Positions 14,760 through 26,726 of a stretch of DNA of 64,000 nucleotides are shown piece by piece. The notes under the pieces were generated by a model, which was given only the letters and a program-made list of their open reading frames with translations, did not search any database and had not been told where the DNA came from. How positions within the stretch are numbered: the stretch's first letter is position 1; every line of letters begins with the position of its first letter. Origin of the DNA: Lytechinus pictus (lineage: Eukaryota). Made by a program: the position numbers and the translations under genes. The stretch covers positions 8,930,001 to 8,994,000 of the forward strand of contig NC_087251.1 in NCBI RefSeq assembly GCF_037042905.1. The letters are read 5' to 3'.

Positions 14760-15307
14760 ACCGTCAGATAGACAGATTTTCGACACTTTACCAATTATAA
14801 TTTATAATATTCGAAACCCACCTCCACCCGACAAAGGAAATTATAATTGGTATAGTGTCGAAAATCTAACGGTCAGTCGGATCGGGGTCGCCCTAGCCAC
14901 TAACCTGTCTCTGTGGTCTAGTGGTTAAGGCACCGGTGTTCAAAGCTGGGGGCCCGGGTTCGATTTACGGCAGATACATTTTTTCGGCATCACCAATTTT
15001 TCCAAAGAGTAGATAGCTCTGGGGAACCTTGATTTAAGCTACGCCTAACATTGTTCTCTTCATCCATTTCTTTACAATATATATATATATATATATACTT
15101 ACATCACTCTCATCTTATTTTTTTTAACATCTAAAGCAAACTTTTCTCCGATATGAGATGTAGATCTCTCCGCCAGAAGTTTTATATAGAATTTTGAAAG
15201 AGAATAAGTTTACAAAACGATGTGGTATACTCACATCACTCTCATCTTATTTTTTTTTTACATCTAAAGCAAACTTTTCTCCGATCTGAGATAGATCGGG
15301 GTATCAT

Positions 15308-15370
<63 letters not shown>

Positions 15371-18300
15371 GGCGATCAGTGAGACTGGATGGACGGACAT
15401 GGTTACATAATATATTTTGTGTAAGGGGTTTAATAAGATGAATTTATTTTAGCAAGCATTCTTACTTTCACTTTTGCATTTCAGAATATCTAGAACTTTC
15501 GTCGTATCAATAGTCCCATAATTCAACGGCTAGCTATATAACTTATTGTGTTTCCAGGAAAAATTATCTGAAACTGCTTTAAAAGAGTAACAATCCGTCT
15601 TCAAAAAGAGAGATGCATGTGGTTATGTACAAAATACGCAAATGAAATAAAATAGGATGGAAAGTACAATATTCTTTGGAGTGACGTACCAAAGACTTCA
15701 TCTATTTCGTCATACAGACGAGCTTGAATCTCTGGATGCTGTCCAATATGCAAGATAGACCAACTAACTGCTGCAGATGTTGTGTCATGACCCTATGGGA
15801 AAAGATCAGAAATAGTATTCGTGCGTTTTAGGTAGAAGACTTTAATTATGACGCAAGCACCGTCTTGTGTGAATCTTCTTATTTTATTATAAATGTCAAT
15901 TTCGTTAGTACGCCTATTATTTGTGGCCAAGATCTGCAAAAAAACATCTACAAATAGGGGTTTGTTAGGGAATAAATGTCTGTGAGTGATATTCTAATCG
16001 TCTTTTGTAAAGATCACCTTTGGGGCTGTAATTGCAACAGTTTTTACCCTTAAAAAAATATATTTGAATCGCAAACACATTTATATCCCAGCTGTACAAT
16101 TCCTCACCTCAAACATGAATGTGTCTACTTCCTCTCTGATGTCATCAAGAGTAAAGCTGGGATCTTCACGGTGCATCTGAAGAAGAAGATCTAGGAATGC
16201 GATTCTTCTGCGTTTTCCAGTGATTGACTCGCTTTGGTCCGTTTCACTTATATTTGAAGGGATTTGATGGAGTCTCTCCTGAATCATCTAAAGATGTAAC
16301 AAAAAAAAAGAAGTAGAATGAACAGAAATAACAAAAACTATTTCTATTTTACTTCATTTTTTTTTTTTTTGGGGGGGGGGGAGACAGAAATAATTATCCA
16401 ACGGTTAGATGGAATTCTAATCTGGCACGATAATAAATGAGTGCATTTCAAGTTGTGCTAATATACACATTTTCTGTGAATCTTTCTGAATATTGGTGAA
16501 ACACAAGTTACGCGGAATCGCAAGTTAAGATATAAGTGCCTTAAAAAACTTATGGTGTAATATCACAACTTTTTGGTAAGTATAATTTATGTATATTATT
16601 TGATAATTACCTCTTTGGTTACTTTATGAAGGACTTTTAATGATTTATCATGCTCCTTCCCTACTCCTAGTTTGTTATAAAGCCAGTCTGACCACCACAA
16701 TGGATTCCTCATTCGACGAACAACAAGACGACTCATACTGCTCAAGAGGGGAAAACAATAAATCATGAAAACAATCATTTTCCCATTCAAATGGAGGGAG
16801 CAGTTTTCAATCATTAATTTTGGAAGACTTTTTCATAGGGTCATTTGAAGACTCGGTGTACCGTATGGGTACTAGTATTCAACCCGGCATAATTCAAAGA
16901 TTTTGACATATTCCCCAAAATATTTAGAAATAGGGAATTTATCTTAATTTCATACTTTTGTTATTTCCAGGGTAATCTGTTGTCGATATTTTCTTTGTCA
17001 ATCTGTCGACTGTATGCGCGGAGGATCGAATTATGCGGCGATGGCCTTTTGCACTGAATGGTACTAGTATTCAACCTAGTGAGGATTGATAGCAAATCTC
17101 AAAAGGGTTTAGATTGCTAAATTAGATCTAGATCTATGTAAGTCTCTGGCTTTGATTAATTCCCTGTTTGGTCTCATCTCAAATGGTGTAGTCCATAGTC
17201 GGATGGGACAAGGGCAGATTGAGAGACAGGGCCATCTTTTATCGCTAGGTTGAATACTAGTACCGACGGGTTGAATACTAGTACCAAAATCCGTCGCCGT
17301 ATAATTCGATCGCCCGCGCACACAGTCAACTGGTTGAAGAAAAAAATAACGGAAAAAGAATAACCAGCATTTGCTCTTGGAAATAAGACGGGTCTGAAAT
17401 TCAGGTAAATTCTATATTTCTATATATTTGAGGAAACTCTCCAAACGGGTTGAATACTAGTGCCCTTACGGTACATCAAAATGATACAAATATAATGATT
17501 ATAGCGAAAATGATCATAACGATAATGATGACGGTGGCGTCTTTACTTGATGGTAAATGGACAGTATATGCATTGTGAATGAAGTATGGTAGCATCTTCT
17601 GTATTAGTATTATTGAACTTTTTCTTGATGAAAACATTATGATCAGTATGTTTAGGAATTTCATTTGGATGGGACCCTCAGTATGGTTTCATGAAGTTTT
17701 TCATGTAACTCACGGCCACTCTGAACCCCTTGGTCTTTTATTGTCGGAAAATTTCTATTACCATGGTATTAGTAAGTGTTGAATCATGTTACGTACTTAT
17801 CAACGGCTCGAACGTATTCATTCTCACTGTTTTCTTGTGCATTGGTCCGCTTCCCCATGGCTGTATCTAAATATCAAAGATATAAGAAGGGAATTATTAT
17901 TTCATGTTTTATGCAACGAGTACTTTGGGTGCCATTATTTTTTTCGTTGATTTCCTTTCTGAAAATGGCTTTCAACAAATTAATCTAATCAAGTAATAAG
18001 ATAATCATTGTTCTCCAACAATACCGCAAGGGTAACACATGCAACAAGATTCAAGATTCAAGATTTATTCATTCCATTCGATAAAAAGATACAATTCATA
18101 CATACAAATTAACAAATTTACAAGATTTACATATACATGTACATACAAATTTACAAGATTTACATTTGAATACAATACAATTTATACAAACACAGATATT
18201 GTATTGATTTCACATAATATTATATTACTAAACCAGAGTCATAACCACAAGAGCACCGGGGTGTCCTTAGTGATTTGACTTCAAGCTATCGTAAAGTTCA

Positions 18301-21300
18301 CAAGGATTCATAAGGTACTATTTATTGTCGAAATGAATATTTTATATAAATGGAAATTTGCATTTTTAAATGTCATTGAACATACAAAATATAACTTAGA
18401 AAATGGACATAAAGAGTCAAACATTGACACTGAAACACTGAAATTTATATCAAATCAAAGGAATAATTAATTCGCTGAAGGCACTCCAGTCGTCTAGTGG
18501 TTAGTGGCCTGCCTATGAATTTTCTTAGGCAGACTTCACACAGCAGTTGCTGCGTTATAGCAGCGTTACCCACTATACCTTTGTGGTATTGTTGGACAAA
18601 ATGAATATCTTATTATACTTGTCATCACTCAACGAATTAATTATTCCTTTGATAAGTTAATTTAGCATACGAAGATTTAAAGGGAAATCCAACCTTGGTC
18701 ATAAAATGTCGTGTGAGAGATGAAAATAAGTTAAACAGAATAGTGAAAATTTGAAAAAAATCGGAAAAGCAATACGAAAGTTGTTTTAAAATTAAGATCA
18801 TAAAATTCAAATTGGCAACTGGGTAAGTAAGTTATGACAACTGATAGGGACAACTTTCCCATTGGCCATGACTTAGTTATCAATGATTTGTGGTTTTCTA
18901 CTAAGTACCGATTCCCCTAGGGTCGTTATTAAATTATAAAACAGATAGCATGATGTTTTATTTCCTCATGAAAGCAAAAATATGATTTGAAGTAAAACGT
19001 TTGAAAAAATACTATTTTAGCCATTTTATGTATTGGAGTGTAAAGAATACTTGTGCCTTACATCAGACTACATCACCAGTGTGACCAATTTGAAGTCTCC
19101 ATTGGCATACTCATTACCAATTTCAAGGGCAACCTCCCTTTCGGATTGATATCCCCTTTTCATTTGCCAGATTTAGGGGGCAATCGCGTCCCTTTTAATT
19201 ATCCATGTTATATTAGGGGTGGGCAAATAACAAATTTTTTTTCGAAACGGGTGGATTCTATGGCGATTTTGGCTACTGAACACAAAGCCGACAACCATTT
19301 TGACCTACGATGTAGTTTTATATATTGGTTCCTGCCATTTTTGTGAAAAATGGCGGGAAAATGGCATTTTTGCCCTATTTTCACATCAAACGGCATAAAA
19401 GGGGTGTGCAGTATTTCTTTTATATATTTTCACGGGTGCTGAGTTCAAATATAAGCATATCTAAAAGATTAGAAACATTATTATGGTGATATAGAAAAAA
19501 ACTAAAAATTTAAGGAAAAATATTACAGAAAATACATAATTTGAGCTTGTAGTCTGAATGGGAATGGTGATCATTATTTACTGTTATGAATTACAGTTAT
19601 GCACAAGACAGCAATGATTTATCTATCTGCAAGCCAACAACATTATCATCTGATATTGTATTAATTAATGCAATATATTTTCACTTTTTCCTTCTTTAAA
19701 AGACAAGTAGTATATAAATGCCTAATGAAAAGTTATGTTAGAACAGAGTTTTATTGGATAACATGCATATACATGTTCATTGACCTTAACTGACCTTTGA
19801 CCGTGGTCATGTAACCTGAAACTCGTACAGGATGTTCAGTGATACTTGATTACTCTTATGTCCAAGTTTTATGAACTAGATCCATAAACTTTCAGAGTTA
19901 GGATGGTAATTTAACAATTACTCCCAACTTGGCCAAAGTTCATTGACCCTAAATGACCTTTGACCTTAGTAATGTAACCTGAAACTCAAGCAGGATGTTC
20001 ACTGATACTTGATTAACCTTATGTTCAAGTTTCATGAATTAGGTCCATATAATTTTTAAGTTATGATGTCATTTCAAAAACTTAACCTTCGGTTAAGATT
20101 TTGAAAATAATTCTCCCAACATGGTCTAAGTTCATTGACCCTAAATGACCTTTGACCTTAATCATGTGACCTGAAACTCAGGCAAGATATTTAGTAATAC
20201 TTGATTAACCTTATGTCCAAGTTTCATGAACTAGGTCCATATACTTTCTAAGTTATGATGTCATTTCAAAAACTTAACCTTAGGTTAAGATTTGATGTTG
20301 ACGCCGCCGCCACCGCCGCCGTCGCCGTCGGAAAGTCTCGCTCTGCTATGCAGGCGAGACAAAAATGATATTGAAGCAGTTAAAAGAGGCAGATGCCCAA
20401 GACTGACTTTTTCAGAAAATCACACAATGATCATGACAATGGCACAACGCTCCTCCGTGTATTATAACTTTGGGTATGAATCGTAATTTTTTAAAAGCTA
20501 GGCTACATTATTAAAGTTACCGATGGATCTATTTCCAGGAACAATCTGCTTGACAAGTAGTGAATTTGAAAGCCAGGAGATATGGGATCTAGAAATGTTT
20601 GGCTCACTGTTCTGAAGAGGAGAATGCAGTACTGGTATATAGAATTAGACTTTCTTGCAACTGTACTGTTGAACATGTATTAACGAAATAGCACTATACA
20701 AGAAGGAGGAAAATCTTTAAGTATCTGATCATATTCCCCACTGACTGAAAAATATCAATATTAGCAATGCTCTTTAAAAAAGTGCTCTCGGATGAAATTG
20801 TTAATCTTTGGCCCGTGATACATGTAGCTCCATTATATTGTTTAGATAAGGAATGTGAAAGCTGTAGATTAAATTCTGTTTAAAGTTGAAGAAATCTGTG
20901 AAGGGCCTGAAAGGGTCACCATGAAACACACCTATATTAAAAGATAGTATATCACTGATGACATCAGCGCTCTATAGTGTAGATTATGCAAATGAGTAAA
21001 ACTACAAGTAGAATGCATGGCAAAACATACATTTTATGAAAACCCTTAAGATCTAACAATATTTATGAAAAATGTACATTGATTTTCCTAAAGTTTGACA
21101 ACATCCTCTGATATTTTCTGTTATTCATTCTGTTTTAATGCAGCTACTCTCCGAAGCACTGAAAATATCCTATACATACAGTGATTTTAGTAATAGTTTC
21201 AAGACCTATATGCGTCTGATATCCTGCATAGAAAGATTTTTTTTTTGGGGGGGGGAGGGGGGTGGGTAATATTTGGCAAAAAATCCATTAAAATACAGGT

Positions 21301-24300
21301 TCTTTAAATTCTAACAGTACAACCGATATATTTGAATTTGTCTTACCAAATCACCAAAAAAGACATGGTTAGACAAATTACAAGCCTTGTTGCATGAATA
21401 TTTGCAGTCTATTTTCAGTCATTTTTACCAAAAATTGTGATTTTTCACAGAAAATAGACAGTATTAATGACCAAACATGTCTGTTTTATCTATTGTTGGA
21501 CTCAGTGGCCATGAAATCATATATTTAGACATATACAAACTTCAGATGAATGAATAATTAAGGTCTTATGCACAAAAATTGCAATTTGGGGGCAATTTTT
21601 TTACCAAAAATGACCCAAAAATGCTGTTTTTCAACCAAAAGCATCATTTTAAATGACCTATCTTATCTGATTCACGTATTTTTGTGCTCAGTGACCATGA
21701 AAACATTTAGTTAGACACATTACAAGCCCTATTTGTATCGATATTCAAGGATTTACACATGAAAACACTGATATGGGAGGAATTGGGCGGCCATTTTAAA
21801 AAATCGCTTGGAACCAATATCAGACGTATTCTAAAACAAAAATACTCATTGGAATTGTGCTCAGCAGCCAAAATGGCAACAGAATCCACTCGTTTGAAAT
21901 TGAATTTCCCCCAAAAGGTATTATTTGCCCACCCCTAGTTATGACCAAGAGTGGGTGCAACGTGCCGCTAAACAATACTTCTCTTATCAAAGAAAATTTG
22001 AATGAATTATTGACCTACTCTTCATGCCCCTTCATTTACGAAATCCTGATGGGCCCTGTCTTACAAAGAGTTGCGATTGATCCGATCAATCACAACTATG
22101 GACAGCCAGCAACGTCGACATCTATTATGCATGTTTTTCAAAATATTTTCCAACTATATGATGTATATTCATGCATTCATTGTTTTCATGAAAATTCACT
22201 GTGCTTCTTTTTGTTTACAAAGGACATTGTGCAAATTTCCTGTAGAAAAAATTATGACACTGATGGATTTCCATAGAGTTACGATTGATTGGATCAATCA
22301 TAAGTCTTTGTAAGACAGGGCCCTGGTCATATCCCCGCTTTGTCTTGATCCTGCACGAGACGAGTTTTATAACATAATGGATGATGAAACTTCATATCAT
22401 TATAGCAATTTACAAAAAAATTATCAAGATATCCACACAAACTTTATGAAGATTATGAAAGGTCAATTCCATCTCGCAAACAAATCGATAATTTTACATG
22501 CAGAAAACCAAACAAGCATTACACTAAAAAAATCATAAAAATCGGATCGTAAACCTGCATAAGGCGATGCGGGCATGCGGCAGTTTTACGTTTCACCTAT
22601 TTTTCACAAAATGTACTTCAAGGGTGGTACGCAAATCTTTCGTATCTAATAATTTAATATCTTTTTATTAGATATTTACAGTTTACCTCCATTATCAAGG
22701 GTAAATTTTGGTTTGATTCATAGAGTAACAAATAAAATCACCATCTTTTATCACTTATAATGTTTATTGTATTTTAGTTGAAAGTTTCTATATCGTTAAT
22801 CTGTATAGATTAAACAAATAAATAAATATTGACTTAATCTGGCTACTCCATCCTCCAAGGATGTCGTTAAAATATGACTTTGATTTCTCAGAAAAAAAAG
22901 AACGCTAAAATGTCATTACTTTCCTTTTTCACATCCGATTTTGATGAAATTCTAATCGTTACGTGTGTGTGATTTTTTTACCCATCAATCAACTTGTTTG
23001 GATCACTATTCATGACAATGGTACTATGCTGAAAAAAAGAAAGAAGCTCAGTCGAATTACCACATATGATATCCAACACGCAATTCGTGACCAGAGGAAA
23101 GATGTTGATTGTCTCGGAATCCGTTGCTAATTTTTCGAGTTTCTTGACCAATATGAAGCTCTGCTCATTAAATACCTCCACGAAAGATTGTAGGATGGAG
23201 AAATGAAAGGTTGGAGTGAGTAACTTTCGTCGATATGCCCACTTCTTCCCTGAGCTGCATGTTACAAATTTGTATATAAACTATATGATATACATGGTTA
23301 TAGTATAAGCTGATAGGCTATGTTAAAAAAAAAAATCATGAAAAATGGTCCTCAAAATCACAAGACAAATCACAACTGATGACCTTAGGCCCTTGTATCG
23401 GTCACAACATTATCCGGGGACGATATTTTCATGACAGACAGAATTTTCAAAAATTCTTTTTGAAAAAACCCCCCAGTATTTAGGAACAATAACGTAAATG
23501 ATCATAAAAAAAGCCCGGTGTAAAATGCATCGAAAACAGGACCAGTTATAGTGCAAGGGCTAGTTTCAAACTTACGCAAGAGTTTGAGATAAAGCGTCAT
23601 AGATAAAGTCCAAGAATTTCACATAATATTTCAACAAATATGCTTTAAAGTGGATATATTTGTAAAAAATAATGAATCTAACACGAAAATGTGCCTTAGA
23701 AGTATATTTGGTTATCGCTAACTTGCTGTTAATCAAGATATAAAAATGATATCGAAACACACTTGCTTGTAAAATTCATGCCGTCCACAAAGTCATGCTT
23801 ACAATAATACACACGGCTTACATTTAGTATTGAGCGATGTAAGTGATATATAATTCTAATATAGTGATTCCTAGATCCTTAGTAATATCTTACCTGGTAA
23901 GAAGACCCTGTCCTAGCCATGGTTCCAAGCATTTGTACTGGACTCCTTTACCAATGTGGTGGCTGCTATTCATTAACAACTGCAGTGTGGATATGAATGA
24001 ACGGACCAATTAACATGATTAAAAAGAAAGTTATCAACCCCATTACCATCGAATCACAGGGGCGTTATGGGTATAATGACAGCAATAGGGGGTTTGAAAA
24101 TGGGGGGGGGGGGAGGGGCTGACCATGCAAAAATCACGGTCAGATGGCAAGTTTTACGTTTTTGTTCCCAGTTTTGTAAAAGTGGGGGGGGGGGGCTGAA
24201 GCCCACCCAGCCAATCCCCCGTTTCCGCGGCCCCTGAGTACCCCCCCCCCGCCTTATCTATTCCATGGCCTGAATAATAAAATTGCGATGGATCCAATTA

Positions 24301-25222
24301 ATTAAACAATTTTATTCGAATCTTTCCTTTTTAGTTGAGGACAAAGGACCTAGCAAAAAGAGGGGCATTGCATGGGGTCAATGGGAGGTAGATACACTGG
24401 GCATCTTCGTCATGGCGGACCAAGGTGATTCCCCTTTTTATGGTACTCAGAGAAATGTAGAAAATATACAGGCCATTTGTCACTTTCATCTCGATAATAA
24501 TAGGGGGAGTGTAAGTATCGTGGAATAAAAATGCAAGAGAGAACACCGACCTCGCTGTGCTTGCTACTGATGATCAAAACAGCAGGTGATGGTCCATACC
24601 ATACCCTTATTAAGCCTCCAGATTTTTGGCGATATTGCTCTTGTATTTTCCTCCCGAGCAAGTAATTTTCTGCAAAAATAATAAGCAATGTAAAATTTTT
24701 TTTTATTAGACTCTATACGATGTGGTAACGGTAATGTGGTCTGGACCAACTATTTTACGCTATTTTATATGAAATGAAAGCAGATGTGAACAATCTAATT
24801 TCATCTGGCTCCGTATATCGCTCCTCTTTCTTTCACTTGATTACCCCAAAATATGTATACTCCAAAATGTATGAAAGTAAAGAAAGAATTGTTAAAGGTT
24901 ACAAAACCCTCTAATACACCTTTATTTTTCATTTCATTAAATAAAAAATGATCTAATTTTTTTTATGTCATCTTGCCCCACTATCAAAATACCTTGGTTT
25001 CTCTGATATACGTATCATTACACAAATCAAAGCTGTTGACCTACCTCTAGCATCACTCTTAAATAATAGTAAATTGCCGAAGATTGGCACTGCGGGAGGG
25101 CCCTCAAATTTGGAGATGAGGAAGTAAATACGAAAGAACTTTGCGATGTAGTAAGCCAAGAATACAGAGAGGGCTACAAGGCACACAGTAACACCAATTC
25201 CAGCGGGTAGCTCAGCCGCCAT
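12975..25222 (-). CDS. CYP4V: Cytochrome P450 family 4 (CYP4V-like) gene A, whole span, 11 coding exons, 511 aa
   Basis: Exon lengths 178+119+86+194+70+127+180+103+135+180+164=1536 nt, all GT-AG and phase-compatible. Motifs present: [28 protein letters not shown] (CYP4 I-helix), [20 protein letters not shown]. Confidence 0.93.
13518..13697 (-). CDS. CYP4V: CYP4 gene A exon 10 ([19 protein letters not shown]...[10 protein letters not shown])
   Basis: PERF-like and heme-binding motifs; TATAG acceptor; G|GTATGA donor. Confidence 0.95.
14018..14284. repeat. Tandem repeat of about 135 bp, two copies; further copies at 15097-15297
   Basis: CCAGAAGTTTTATATAGAATTTTGAAAG...GAGATGTAGATC near-identical units. 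Confidence 0.9.
14311..14445 (-). CDS. CYP4V: CYP4 gene A exon 9 (K-helix [11 protein letters not shown])
   Basis: ExxR motif; CAAAG acceptor; G|GTAAGG donor. Confidence 0.93.
14907..14978 (+). tRNA. tRNA-like gene, pseudogene or SINE head with TCA at the anticodon position
   Basis: Cloverleaf: GTCTCTG/CAGATAC, GTCT/AGGC, CCGGT/GCTGG around loop GTTCAAA, CCGGG-TTCGATT-TACGG. A box TGGTCTAGTGG, B box GGTTCGATT, then T6. Confidence 0.6.
15690..15792 (-). CDS. CYP4V: CYP4 gene A exon 8 ([34 protein letters not shown])
   Basis: GHDTT motif; CATAG acceptor; G|GTACGT donor. Confidence 0.94.
16108..16287 (-). CDS. CYP4V: CYP4 gene A exon 7 ([10 protein letters not shown]...[11 protein letters not shown])
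   Basis: CYP4 I-helix; TTTAG acceptor; GAG|GTGAGG donor. Confidence 0.95.
16611..16737 (-). CDS. CYP4V: CYP4 gene A exon 6 ([20 protein letters not shown]...LHKVTKE)
   Basis: GAGCAG acceptor; GAG|GTAATT donor; phase 2 to 0. Confidence 0.9.
16861..17471. mobile_element. TA-flanked MITE in CYP-A intron 5
   Basis: CCGTATGGGTACTAGTATTCAACCCG / CGGGTTGAATACTAGTGCCCTTACGG; motif repeated internally. Confidence 0.85.
17797..17866 (-). CDS. CYP4V: CYP4 gene A exon 5 ([23 protein letters not shown])
   Basis: TAMG...NAQ...YVRAV motif; TTTAG acceptor; AA|GTACGT donor. Confidence 0.9.
18047..18280 (-). mobile_element. LINE 3' tail fragment
   Basis: Minus-strand AATAAA followed by (TCTTGAA)n repeats. 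Confidence 0.45.
19214..21937. mobile_element. 2.7-kb non-autonomous TIR element (hAT-like TAGGG ends) in CYP-A intron 4
   Basis: TAGGGGTGGGCAAATA / TATTTGCCCACCCCTA plus long imperfect subterminal inverted similarity. Confidence 0.75.
19770..20365 (-). repeat. Nested element with about three 165-190 bp tandem units and a (GCC)n end module
   Basis: Repeated GTTCATTGACC...TGACCTTTGACC...ACCTGAAACTC; ends GCCGCCGTCGCCGTC...GCAGGCGAGACAAAAA. Confidence 0.8.
22051..22323. mobile_element. MITE with GGGCCCTGTCTTACAAAGA TIRs
   Basis: Perfect 19-bp terminal inverted repeat, extending further imperfectly. Confidence 0.85.
23061..23254 (-). CDS. CYP4V: CYP4 gene A exon 4 (C-helix [14 protein letters not shown]...LDIIC)
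   Basis: Motif match; ATGCAG acceptor; G|GTAATT donor. Confidence 0.93.
23894..23979 (-). CDS. CYP4V: CYP4 gene A exon 3 ([29 protein letters not shown])
   Basis: PWLGxGLLTS motif; CTGCAG acceptor; AG|GTAAGA donor. Confidence 0.92.
24551..24669 (-). CDS. CYP4V: CYP4 gene A exon 2 (ENYLLGRK...[20 protein letters not shown])
   Basis: TTTTTGCAG acceptor; GAG|GTCGGT donor; phase 1 to 0. Confidence 0.85.
25045..25222 (-). CDS. CYP4V: CYP4 gene A exon 1 (membrane anchor, proline-rich [10 protein letters not shown])
   Basis: ATG at 25222; donor G|GTAGGT; phase 1. Confidence 0.9.
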
Positions 25223-26029
25223 CTTGAAAATAAGTTTTTCTGAAAAAAAAGAATCATGCCAAAATTTATTGGATCAATGAAACAAACATTATTGCAAACA
25301 CAATTGATTAATCCAGTAAAATATTACGAAAAGTTATCTCTGATAGATCAAAAATTGATATTTGATTATCTTATCTATCCGTGTGTCATAGAGGGAGGAG
25401 AGGGGGCATTTGTGGTATTCTTTGCATAATTATGACTAGTCCTTTGCCAGGACTGTTCTGCTTTTCAGTTGATCAATAACACAATCCTCGACCTCTACGC
25501 CCGAAATGAAAACAGCCCCACGATTTCCTACCCTCGTGAAAGAGGGGATAGCGCGATCACTGGGGATGGCGCGCAGGGGAAAATGAAGCAAGGGGAGAGA
25601 AATAACAAGTTAAGAAGGTCTTTACATCTCTGCAACAAGTTACTGCCTTGTAAACTGTTTCTTGAGATCATATTTACTTCACTACATGTTAGTAGCTATA
25701 AACTGCTAATAATCTTTCTTAAAGTCTCCCAGAGGGTAAACTCATTGTTTTCTCCTTGTATTACTTTTTTTTTTCTTTTACCTTGAATAATCATTCATCA
25801 CTTTTTCTTGGTGTTTTGTAATACAAACTCAATGTTTGTTACTTTTGTGTGCTATATTTACCTTTCATTGTACAGTATATATTTACTCATCTACATATGT
25901 TGGTGCTCCTTTATGTTTCTTTTTGTGTGTGTTTGTGTCTGGGTGTGTACGTGCGTGTCTCTTTGATTGGCTACCCCAAGCTGTACTTTAGCATGTTTAG
26001 GTATTTGATGTATATTTTTCAAATTGATA

Positions 26030-26726
26030 TTCCAAGATGTTTAAGGCTACTGAAATTCTACTTAGTATGTAACAAATTCAAATTATCTGGCTCCAAGTTC
26101 CCCGCTCTTTTTGCAGTTGAATATGTTACCATTTAATGAAATGGTCTCGCTGAATTGTGTTATTTTCATGTTTAAATACCAATCCCTGCATTGTTCTTTT
26201 TTACAAGAAACTTTTGTGGTTAATTCTAAGATTCATAATTATAACACACGTCAGAGACATCTTATTCACCAACCCTATGCTAGAATTAATGCTACATTGA
26301 AATCCTTCAGAACAATTTGCGTTAAAGAATGGAATATGTGTCCTGCTGATATAAGAAGTAGCAGTACCCTGTCTCGGTTTAAGAAATTATGTCATAAATA
26401 CCTACTTGATAAATTTAAGACCAGTTGTTAGTTGCACCTGGGGGTGACATGTTTGGAGTGTGAATGTGTGTGTTTGTCTGTGTGAGTGTGTGTATGCTTG
26501 CGTGTGGGTAGTGTTCCTGTTGTGATCTTTAAATACCTTGTATTTTTTTTTCTTCTTTTCGTAGTTATTCCATGTTTGAGTAAAATATCTTATGCAGGGG
26601 CCCCTGATTACAAGCTGTGCTTCTTTGGGGTCCCAAACCTGTCATTTGTTTTAGTTCTTTATAATGTAACCATTTATTTTGTTTGTATTTTGTTCTCCTT
26701 TGACTGGTTTGAATAAATTCAATTCA
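26030..26726 (+). mobile_element. 5'-truncated CR1/L2-like LINE 3' end
   Basis: ORF with IHNYNTR...WN...FKK C-terminal motif; AATAAATTCAATTCA tail. Confidence 0.75.

Noticed and set aside
14907..14978. Selenocysteine tRNA
   Set aside because: Short variable loop and 7/5 fold are incompatible with tRNA-Sec architecture.
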